A DNA stretch of 64,000 bases from Vicugna vicugna (lineage: Eukaryota): NCBI GenBank assembly GCA_013265495.1, contig MU058221.1, forward strand, positions 4,590,001 through 4,654,000. The letters are read 5' to 3'. Under the pieces are notes generated by a model. The model had not been told where the DNA came from, ran no database searches, and saw only the letters and a program-made list of their open reading frames with translations. This document shows positions 12,401-24,400 of this stretch, in pieces. Each line of letters begins with the position of its first letter. Position 1 is the stretch's first letter. The translations under genes were made by a program, and so were the position numbers.

Positions 12401-15400
12401 GGGTCAACGATCAGGGACACTGCTGCCTCTGCCACAGCCATCCCTGCTGAGCCAGTCACGGTGCCGCTGCTTCAGCTGCCGGCTCCACAGCCACGTGCCT
12501 CCCACCATGTTGGGAGCAGCCGATGCAAGGAGCCACATCCAGAGATGGCGGCTCCAGGTCCATGCGCCTTGTGCCAGGCTCCGCGCCTGCATAAAGGGTT
12601 GCCCTGCACCCTGCCTCTTTCCCCTGGTGGTTTTCTATCCCAACACAAAACCTTGTGAATACTCTCTCCCCTTTATTCAGGGGGTCTCCTTAAATCCACT
12701 GATGAAGAAAACCTATCACATCCCAAACCCTAGTTGCCACGGAGTCTACAAAATGTCGTTTGTTCTTTCCAGCCTGCATGAGAGGAAGGGGTGGAATGAG
12801 ATGCTAAAGAAAACAATTCACACGTCTACTGCACTAACAGGTTTTAAAATTTGACATTGGTCGAGTCAGATGCATTAGCCAACACGTACGTTCATCATGG
12901 CTTCACCCTTACTTCACACTGAAGACGTCCTCCCTCTCGCCAGGTGTTCCAGCACTTCATCAGCAGGGTCCGTCGGAAGCTGCACGTTGTTCTCTGCATG
13001 AGCCCCGTCGGCGAGGCCTTCCGGGCCCGATGCCGGATGTTCCCATCCCTGGTGAACTGCTGCACCATTGATTGGTTTGTCCAGGTCAGTGGCGTCACAG
13101 GATATCTCTCTGAGACGCTGGACTTGCTTGATTTTATGTTCTTTATTGAAGTACATCTGACTTACAAAGTGTCGGGTGTGCAGCAAAGTGACTCAGCCAT
13201 ATATACGTATTATTTTTCAGATTCTTTTCTGTTGTAGGTTATTACAAGGTATTGTATATGGTTTATTGTGCTACACAGTAGGTCCTTGTTGTGTATCTTT
13301 TAATCCCAAGTTCCCAGTTTGCCGCTCCCCCTCACCTTTCCCCTTTGGTAACCATAAGTTCGTTGTCTATGTCTCTGACTCTGTTTCTGGTTTGTAAATA
13401 AGTATATCATTCATGTATATCATTCTTTTAGATCCCACGTGTAAGTGACATCATATGATACTGTCTCTCTCTGACTTAGTTCGCTTAGGATGACACATCT
13501 CTAGGTCCATCAGTGTTGCTGCAAATGGCATTATTTCATTCCTTTTTATGGCTGAATTATATTCCTTTTTGTAAATATACCATATCTTCCTTATCCAGTC
13601 ATCTGTCGATGGATATTTAGGTTGTTTCCATGTCTTGGCTGTTGTAAATAGTGCTCCTGTGAACACTGGGGTTCATGAATCTTTTCAAATCAGAGTTTTT
13701 GGTCTTTTCTGGATATACGCCTGGACTTGCTTAATTTTAAAGGGGTAACACATTGTCCAGTGATAACTCAAGGCACTTACATTAGCCTCAAAGCCCACTA
13801 TGAATTTATTCATAGGCAGGGGATGATAATGACAATCATTGAACAAAGGCAAAACAGAATTTATAAGGCAGAGAAGATATTAAATTTCTCAGTGTAGAGG
13901 TTACCAGTGATCTTGACAAGAACTGTTTCAGTGGAGTGATGGGGAAGAGGGGTCAAGAGAGAAGAAGGGAGAGGAATCAGAGGCAGCTCTTTCAGGGTTT
14001 CCCCCAAAGGAACATTGAGAGATGGGTAATAAGCTAGAAGGATATGTGAGGTGAAGACAAATATTTTTAAGAGGGGAACATAAACAGCACACATGTGCTG
14101 ATGGAAATGATTCAGAAAAGAGAATTATATATATGGTGCTGAAGACAGTTAGGCATTGTTGGACCAATGTCATCGAATAGGCGAGAAGGGATGGGATGGA
14201 TTCATCAATGAAGGGGCTGATCACAGCTCAACCCAGAGCATATGGGAAGGTGAGGGGATGAAAGCTCACTGAAGTTCTGTTTTCATTGCTTTGGTTTTTT
14301 TAGTGATGGAGGGGTGCAAGGTCATGAGCTGCAAAAAAAGAGGAAAGAAGTGTTAGCAGTCCGAGGAAGTAATGCAGGGTGTGAAATACTCACTCAGGAG
14401 AATACAGAAGTGATGTATGAGACACTGTGAAGCATTTCTGGGCTTCACTGAGAACCCGCTGGAGCTAGCTGTCGTGAATTTAAAGTGAGGCCAGTCAGCG
14501 TGGCTGCGTTCTTCTCCAGCAGTGCTGTGTGCACAGTTGCAGGCATGGGGTTACAGAGAGTTGCACTAGACTGAGGTTCAAGGGAGCGCAAAGAGACAAG
14601 AGAAAGGCAAAGGAGTTGAGCTGAATAGGACACTGATTATAATCATGGACCTGAAGTTCACACTGTATAATAAATAGAGGACATGAGGTCCTCATAATAC
14701 ATGTGATTTTATTTATGAAATTCTAAAGACACCCACGTTTATTCGTTCAATCAACAAATAGTTATGTAACAACTTCTGTACACCAGGCCGTGTGCTGATG
14801 TCAGCAAATGCAGACCCAGACCCCCCCTCTCATGAGTACAGCCACCGAGTTCATTAAACCTCATGGTCCTGAGTAGGAGTGAGCAAGGTGAAGGGGCGGG
14901 GGGACAAGGCAAGAGGAGTTTCAGAGCCGGGCACATTTCTTAATTGTTCAACCGTGTGCTATGGAAATGAGCGAGAGACTTTCAAAATTATATCTTGATT
15001 TACAGTGGCCCAAAGAAGCACTTCTTTCTGTGTCAAAGACATTTTTCTCAAATGTTGATGCTGTCAGCGATGAACTGAAAGAGAAGCTCGCGCTCATGTG
15101 CGTGAACGTTCACTTGAGCGTCTCCACCGTGGCTGACCGCTATTACGCAGAGCTCCGGAGAAGGTACTACACAACGCCCACCTCCTACCTGGAGCTCATC
15201 AATCTCTGCCTGTCCATGCTGCGAGAGAAGAGGAAGCAGTTGGTTTCAGTAAGCTTAATATTACTAATAATTCTTTTTTTCGCTTGAACTCAAAGCTTTC
15301 ACCAGAGTGAGTGGAAGAGCTATGTGCCACCTTACCTGCTGGAGCCCTCCCCATCCTGTGCATGCCTTTGCTAACCTACAATATGACCAAAAAGTGTCCC

Positions 15401-18400
15401 ATGCTGTCGGTCCAAAGGCCGTCCCCTTTCTTGATGTCTATATTTTGTCTTCTGTCATTTACGTAAGTGCCCTTGACTCAGTAGCATGATTTGGATATTG
15501 TAACAGAATTAAAGTTAAGCAGAGAACTAGTCACCTCTGCAGGATTTAATAAGAAGTAAACCTTTCTGTGAAGTAATAGAGATGAGGTTCTAGTGGCCTT
15601 AACATGTCAGTGGTTCCCATTGAGAGCAAGGACTTTGGTGTCAGGCAGACCAGCTACAACCTCTGCTCTGCTTTCTTCCTGCACAGTCTTAAGCATGTTT
15701 TGTACCTTCTCCGAGTCTTAGTAGAAAATCAGGCTTAAAAAATATATATCTATTTCTTGGATTGTTGTAGAATTAAAATGAGTTATTATTTGTGAAGTGC
15801 TTGGAATATGATCTGACACATATGAGGTGCTCAGAAAATAATGGCTGCCATCATCACCACCACCACCGTCACCACCACTACCATCATCATCCCCATCATC
15901 ACCACCACCACCATCTCCACCACCATCATCATCACCATCACCACCACCACCACCATCACCACCACCATCATCATCACCACCACCATCATCATCATCAGGC
16001 TATTCACATGACCTATAATGTTCAGTATTTTAAACACAGTAAAAATGGAAGCATTTGCCATTTATTTTTCAGAGGATTTTTGACCTGGTAAATGTATGCC
16101 TAGTAAAATAAAGTGACATATAGTTTTGAAACCTGCCAATTTGAACCACATTTTCTGTCTCACCCTCAAAAAGCAGTTATCCCCAGGTGCCTTCCCTACC
16201 AGATACTGCCCCTTTGATCCTAGTCAAGAGTTTCCCGCCACTGGGAAGTAAGGTTCAGATCAGCAACCAGAGCTAAGTACTCAGGACATTATCTCCTGGG
16301 GGAGAGGGGTGGTCTCAGCCCTGCTGATCCATCCTGAGGAAACAGGCTTCCAGAGCTGTGACCTGCAATAATTTCTATCTGAATTTGTCCCTTACTCATT
16401 CAACGTGCTACCAAGCTACCACAGGGAATAAAAATACTACAAGGTGGACCCTCTGGGAACCCACAGCCCTGTGACGTCCCACCCCCATGTCCAAGGAGCA
16501 CAGGTCCAAACCCACTGTGGTGCACGTCAGGGCCATTTCCTCGGGTTCCGTGACCTGAAGATTTCCCCACACTCACAAGCGTTAAGTTTTGCAAACTGAT
16601 TCACCAATTCTGTAGATGTGAAATTCTAGTGCATGAGTGAGAGATGCCAGTTTATAATACTTGTCAAAATAGGTATCTTCATTGTCATCTAGGCGCGTGA
16701 ACGGGTGAAGAATGGTCTCACCAAACTATTGGAGACAAACGTTCTCGTAGACAAAATGAAATTAGACCTTTCCGCGTTGGAACCTGTCCTCTTAACGAAA
16801 TCTCAAGACGTTGAAGCCCTTATGGACAAACTGGCAGTAGATCAAGAAAACGCCGATCAGGTACGCAGCGCTGGCTGACCGCGGGTGAGCAAGCTTTGAC
16901 CTCCAGCTGGTCACCTATATACAGTGACAAGTGATTGGGTTTTTTAAATATGTTATTAAAATAATTGAGTGGTAGAGAAATTTAGCCATGCCTTTAGGTT
17001 GTGAACAATCCCCCTTCAATAAGGGGGAGGGTATAGCTTAGTAAGCACAAGGTCCTGGGTTCAGTCCCCAGTACCTCCATTAAAAATAGATAAATAAATA
17101 AACCTAATTACCTCCCCCCCCAAAAAAATTCTAAAAACAAAACCCCAAAAAACCAATCTCCCTTCAAAAGTCAGCCTGATTCTCTCCCTGAGAATGAGTG
17201 AACCCAACATGCACAGAGAGAGCTGAAAGAAAATACCCGCTACAAACAGAACGCAGCCAGTCTGCTTCTAAGAAGGAGCTGTTTGTCCTCATAACTCTGT
17301 CCCCATTTGTCCCCACTATTCTATCAACGTGATGCGACGTGGACACGGGAGAGCACGAGATATGGTCTGGCGAATCTTCTTTCATCATCAGTCTAATCCC
17401 AGGGGGCAAATATGACTTTCTATCATTGGCTTTGTTTTTAAACATTGAAATTCAAACCCCAAGACCACTCAAGCAGCCATGTTTCGACGGCTAGGTCCGC
17501 AACATCGTGCAGGAGGACGAAGCGGTAGCAAAAGCGAAGGCGGAAGAAACCCAAGCGATAGCGGACGACGCTCAGCGAGACCTTGAAGAAGCGCTGCCCG
17601 CGCTGGAGGCTGCTAACAAGGCGCTGGATTCCCTAGACAAGGCGGACATATCTGAGATCAGAGTCTTCACAAAGCCCCCGGACCTGGTCATGACCGTGAT
17701 GGAAGCGATTTCCATCCTCTTGAATGCCAAGTGAGTGCCTCCTCAGAACACCCGTTGCCAGCATACCTGGCGGGATTTCTTTGCTCTTTTTCTTCATTTT
17801 CACTTACGTGTCTTCATTCTCTTCGCCTCCTTCTCGTTGATTTGGTCAGTCATTCGACAAATTGATTCCACAGGCCTTTTTTGGGGGGGAGGGGACATCT
17901 ATTTTGCGTTAGATGGTAAGAGAGATAAATTTCTTCCGTGTGAGAGACTGACAGTCTAGTGGGGAGACAGGCATGAAAAGTGATCATTTCAAGGCCTGCG
18001 AGAGTCGTGCAGTATTAGGAGTGCCAAGGAGAGAGCGCCCAGGGCCCCTGGGGGGCGTGAGCAGGTGTCTGGGGAGATGGTGCTCGGGTGGAGAGTGGAC
18101 CGTGGGGAGAGCTCAGGATCGGGCGGGGCTGGGCGGCACGGCAGTGATCACACCGTGAACGGTCTTGTGTGCTCTGCTGAGCAGTTCAGATTTCATCTTG
18201 GAGATAATGTCGTTTTCAAACTTTCTTTAGTAATTTAATCTTTTTTAATAAAAAATTATGTTATGAGAAACCTTTCTATGTAAGACTGATTAGTGAAGGC
18301 AGAGCGCCCAGAGCACCACCCCTCCCCAGCCGCCACCGCCAGGCTTCCCCGCGGACCCACTGGTCAGCACGTCGTTGGGACCTGAGGGTTCTCGGAGCAC

Positions 18401-21400
18401 AGGTGGAGAGCCCTGGCCAGAGGGGACTGAGAACCAGTGAGCACTGTCAACATCATCAGATTTCCACGTGAGAAAGACCAATCTGGCCAAAGTCCACAGG
18501 GGGCGAGTTTGACTGAGAGATAAAACAGGTTTGAAGGTGATTACGGTGTTCGTGCAAGAAATTTTAAGGCAAGGGAGATAAAAATGTGGGTGCTTGAGGT
18601 ATTTGAAAAATAAAACTCTCATTTCTGTAATGCCTTACATTTCTGCAACTCTGCCGTTCTATAATTCTTTCTCCACCGCAGCTGGCTTGTATGGAACCTT
18701 AGTCATCCACGTTACCTGTCTCCCCATGAGCTGTGTTGCACGTCACTACCAGTTTCTGGGATTACACTACTGAGGTTAAAACTACCCACTCATTGGGGTA
18801 ATGTTTTTAGTTTATTTATTTTATAGAAACATAGTTGATGTACAGCGTTTATGTTAGTTTTAGGTGTGCTGTGTAGTGACTGGATTTTGCACATGTTATG
18901 AAATGATCACAGTAAGTCTCTTAGCCATCCGTGGGATAACATTTTAAAGTTCTCAAAGGAACACATGTTTTTTTTTTTTTGATCTTACATTCCTTTAGGA
19001 GAGTGCCACTAATCCGTCGTGTGTGTCTTTCAGGCCTGACTGGCCCACAGCGAAGCAACTGCTCGGTGACTCTAACTTCCTAAGAAGACTTCTAGAATAT
19101 GATAAGGAAAACATAAAGCCCCAGGTCCTGGCAAAGCTTCAGAAGTACATCAATAACCCTGATTTTGTGCCTGAAAAAGTAGAGAAAGTGTCCAAAGCGT
19201 GCAAATCCATGTGCATGTGGGTGAGAGCAATGGATCTGTACTCCCGGGTGGTCAAAGAAGTGGAACCAAAGAGGCAAAAGCTCCGCGCTGCGCAGGTACG
19301 TTGTCTGTGACGTGAGGTTTTGTAGAATGAGAGGCTGTCGCCAGCAAGCACGCGAGCTCCGACTGAGGCGCTGCTGAGGGCACACAATACAGTGACAGCG
19401 CTCTTGGAAATTCGTTTTTGTTTAAAAAGAATAGCTTAGCCGGCAAGGGTTATTTTTTCGGAAACGATCTCTAAAATCAGTCCTCTCCCAGCATAAAAGG
19501 GAAATGGGTCTTCCCTGTACCATATCATCAGACCCCTGGTGTTTTTAAATTTGTTTTAGCTCTAGCATCCAATGTTCTAGGTTTCCATTTGATAAATTCT
19601 CCCACACTTGAGTGTGTTACCTGAGGTTCTAAAAACCAGCGTGAGCCACAGTCAGTTGGGAGGCCTCAAGCAGAACCAAGATTGATCAGCGGAGCAGGTC
19701 ACCGGAAGAGCCACGGCTACAGAGCAGGGCTGGCAAACTTTTTCTATAAAGATCCGGGTAGTAAATATTTTAAGCTTTGCTGGCTGCATGGTCTCTGTTG
19801 CCATTACTCAGCTCTGCCGTTGCATCATAAAAACAGCCGTCAACAATTCAAACGTGAATAAGCATGGCTGTGTCCCAGTGTAGCTTTACTTATGGACACT
19901 GGACTTCAGATTTCATACAGTTATCATGTGTTATGAAATAACATTGTTCGTTTGATTTTTTTTTCCCTTAACTGTTTAAAAGTGTAAAACCATTCTCACT
20001 CACAAACCACACAAAAACAGGCAGTGGGCTGAGTTTGGCCTCGAGGCCAAAGCTGCAGACCTCTGCCCTAGAGAACTGGTCAGGAGAGATTCGCTTTCAC
20101 TGTTGCATGGCTATTTCGTTTGTTCTACCATTTAAAGTTTATTATAATGGCTAATTCATCCCCAGATGCTTAGTACATTTATTTCTCTAATCCTTCTATG
20201 ATTTATTTTGGTGGGGTTTGTTTTGTTCTGTTCTGTTCTGTTTGCTTCTGCTCCTATATTTTGTTCTATTTTATATTTGTTTTAACTTTGTATATATCAT
20301 ATCAAAATCTTTTGGGAGAAAAAGAACATAAATCCTTAAAAACAAACAAACAAAAAAAACCCTGTTACAAATGGGTAAATTTCAACTTTCTTTTGGGGCT
20401 TGTTGTTAAATACGTACCTGATCTTATTAGGCTGAACTTGATATGACCATGGCTACTCTGAAAGAAAAACAGGCATTGCTAAAACAAGTGGAAGATCAAA
20501 TACGAACCTTGCAAGATAAATATGACAAAAGTGTGAGTGAGAAGGAAAGTCTGGGTGAGTAACTCATAAAATTTATGTTGTTCTGAAAGGGCCTGATTTT
20601 CAAAAGTCGAAACAGTTTTCAAAAGGCGGTCAGATCTCAGCCTCCATCCAACCTGTAGGGCGTATCTGCATGAGATGGATTGCATTAGCCTCCTAGTGTG
20701 ACACTAGGACAACTGCCTGTGTTGTGTATATTCAACTCCTATATCCGAATAATGCCTTTGGGGGAAATACCACATTTTGACACGGAGCAGCACGTTTTCT
20801 GAATTTGATCCAGAAAATAAATACTATAGGAGCATGAAGACAGTGCTGTCCTCAGCCAGAGTCAAGGAGTATCGAAAAGATGCTCTCTGCGTGGAAGAGG
20901 CAGACTTGGACTTGGCTCTGAAATGGGAACTAAGCCCCTGCTGGTGTAGGGTTCCCTAGAGATGTGTCGACATCGTTAGCTAAATATTGCTGGTTCCGCT
21001 ATAAACAGAAGCCGGTGGATAAACGACGTATACTTTAGGGAAACACTGAATAACACGGCCTGGTTGTCTTAAAATTTCCCAGCAAAGACGATGGCCCTGA
21101 CAAAGGCGCGTCTGGTGCGCGCGGGAAAGCTGACGGCCGCGCTGGGGGACGAGCAAGTTCGATGGGAGGAGAGCATCCAGAAGTTCAGCGAGGAGATAGC
21201 GAACATCGTCGGGAACGTGTTCATAGCAGCGGCCTGTGTGGCCTATTACGGGGCCTTCACAGCCCAGTACAGGCAGTCGGTGAGGAGACCTGCCTTCCGA
21301 GAGCAGCGGGTGAAACTGGGAGGCGGGGTGGGGGCATGGGGGACCCAGTTTCGAGGGAGGTTCTCCGTGATGGAAACTTCCCTATACATTCCACAGCCCT

Positions 21401-24400
21401 CCACCTCCCCCAGCAGCCAGCGGTGGCTGCCTCGAGGCTCGCCTTGACCCGGCCCTCCCTCTCCTCTCCTGCCTGAGAAAGTTGCTCATCACCTGCTTAC
21501 ACAGCACAGAACCTGGGGGGAGAGAAAGAGCCAGGGAGTCTCCTACCCCTAGGATCAGGAGTGGCAGCCAAAGTCAGGCAGGATGAGGTGGGGCAGGTAT
21601 AGCTCAGTGGTTTAGCATGTGCCTAGCATGCACAAGGTCCTGGGTTCAATCCTCAGTACCTCTATTAAAAAAAAAACAAAACCTAACTACTTCCCCCCGA
21701 AAAAATAACATAAAATAAAGTCAGGCAGGATGCATAAAAAAGAATAAAATAATGCCATTTGCAGCAACATGGATGGACCTGGAGATTGTCATTCTAAGTG
21801 AAGTGAGCCAGAAAGAGAAAGAAAAATACCATATGATATCACTTATATGTGGTATCTAAAAAAAAAGACAAACAAACCTGTTTAACAAAACAGAAACAGA
21901 CTCACAGACATAGAAAACAAACTTACGGTTAACCAGGGGGAAGGGTGTGGGAAGGGATAAATCAGGAGTTCTAGATTTGCAGATACTAATATACATGAAA
22001 TAGATAAACCACAAGTTTCTACTGTACAGCTCCGGGAACTATATTTAATACCTTGCAGTAACCTATGGTGAAAAAGAATATGAAAACGAATATATGTTCC
22101 TATATGACTGAAGCACTGTGCTGTACACCAGAAATTGACACAGCATTGTAAACTGACTATACTTCAGTAAATATATATGTATTTTAAAAAATAAATTGAA
22201 ATAAAATTAAGTCAGGCAGGATGAAGCGTCCTGAATTGGAGAGGCTGCTGCAGAGGGCTGGGCATTGGGCAGGAGCAGGAAACTGAATGATCTGGAGGGC
22301 TTTTCAAGCCACTTTTACGAAATGCTTCCCTGCGAATGTTCTGCCCTGCCCCTGGGTTATAAAACCTCATTGGTGCAGGAGTTACACACACTCTCCAGGA
22401 GCTCAGGGGCATCTGGCGCCAAGCGGGCAGTGGTGCCAGGGATGCGCTCGGGGGACAGACAGTTCTCTGCTGTGCATGGTTGTGCCGCTCCCTGCAGGAG
22501 GTGACCTGCTCGCAGCCCTCTGCCCCATCCACTGATTGCCAGTAGCACCCACAGCCATTGTGATAACCCCAAACTTCTCCACGTGCTTCCAGTCTCTTCC
22601 CAAGGGGAGCCTACAGCCCATGCTGAAGCCTACTGTGACAACCCCTGTGTCATTTATACAAGGTCAAGACAGGGCATGTGACATGCCCCAAGCCACCACT
22701 AGTGAATGGCGTAGGTCTAGCCCCCCGATCTGCTGTGCCCTGTGCCCTGGCGCCGGGGTGCCTGTGCAGTCTGGGTGTGTCCTCGTTCAGCGAGTGTTGC
22801 TGACTCTACACAAGCGAGCTTTTCTCCTTCTACAGCTTATTGAGTGTTGGATACAGGACTGTCAGACCCTGGAGATCCCAATCAATCCTTCCTTCAGTCT
22901 CATTAACACGCTCGGCGACCCCTACGAGATACGGCAGTGGAACACAGACGGGCTGCCCCGAGACCTGGTATCAACGGAAAACGGCATCCTGGTCACTCAA
23001 GGGAGACGGTGGCCTCTGATGATTGACCCCCAAGATCAGGTGTGAGACCAGGGCCTCAGATAAGCTGTTAGCCTGTTAAGTCGGCTAACACCGTGCTCTT
23101 ACAGGTTCTAAAAGTGGACTTGAATGCCCCTGTAAGATCTTGGGGATGCAGACCTGGGAGGGGGTTTAGACATCTTCTCGTCCACGTCCCTCACTGTGTA
23201 GAGACAGAAAGTAAAACAGGAACCGACCAAGTGCTCTGCACACTTGGTTTCAATTGGTTTTGTTTAAGGGGTTGACCATTTGTTTTCTCTGTGGGAGCAG
23301 AAGTTCATTCCAGCACAGTCCTTGTTCCTAAAAGGACTGAGGAGCCGGAATGAAACCAGAGGATGGTGACTTCCAGGGCGCACCTGCCTGGAATTTACAG
23401 AAGCTCACTGTCCGACTCCTGAGTCTGCGGACCAGTTGTTCTACGGGGGGTTTAGGAAAAGGCGCCCGTTTGAAATCAGGGGACGAGCGTGAATCCCGCC
23501 AGGGGGGCTTGCTTCCTGGGGGGGGGTCTTCCTTCATTTGCTCCAAATTTGAATACAAGAAAGAATCCTAAACATTAGACTCAAAAGGTGTTTTTTATTT
23601 GTAGGGGGAGTGGAGGGTTTTTAAAATTTTTATCTTGTTATCTTTCTGGTTTCTAGATTGAACGAAACCTCTAAACTTTACAAACTTTCACTTTCTAGCC
23701 AGCCCTGAACTAAACATCTCGCTCTGCGCTTTCTCACACAGGCAAACCGCTGGATAAGAAACAAAGAGAACAAAAACGGTTTAAAGATCGTCAAGCTTAC
23801 GGACAGTAATTTCTTGCGCATACTTGAAAATTCAATCCGCCTCGGCTTACCCGTCTTACTGGAAGAGGTTCGCTTTGCACTTTTTCTGCGTTAGTTCCCA
23901 GCCTTCAGGCCACACCTGGGAGCCTGTACCGGCCATGTCTGCCTCCCACTAAACACCCCAGCCAGCTCCCTCTTCAAACTGGTCAAACCGATTGCTTTGC
24001 TCCTCAAACAGTACAGTACACTCTCAGAGGGGGGGCCGTCTGTGACCGAAGAAATTTTTTTGCTTCCAGACATTGCTTTGGTGTTAAGTGGGATGGGCTC
24101 AGTTTCCTGACACGGCTGATTCTCAGGCCTTGCATGGCTCCCCGCCGTTAGCTGCCCTGAAAATTCGAAGCAGTGGTGCCAATGAGGGAGTGTCTCCTCA
24201 CACCAAGGATGTGAAGCCAGTAAAACCCCCAGTGGGTATAAACGTTATGTTCCACTTAGACGGAAGGTCAGAATTAGACTAAGTGGAGTGATAGGAACTT
24301 TTGTTTAAAACGAAACAAAAGATGTTTGTTGAGTCTAAGTGCTTGATTTCTTCAGAATCACCCCAAGAGTGGATATTTTCCAGCTTGTGCATTCAGTGAA

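Noticed and set aside
15792..16091. 99-aa poly-histidine ORF and its antisense Met/Val-rich ORF
   Set aside because: Translation artefact of a stop-free trinucleotide repeat; GTG start inside a MIR.
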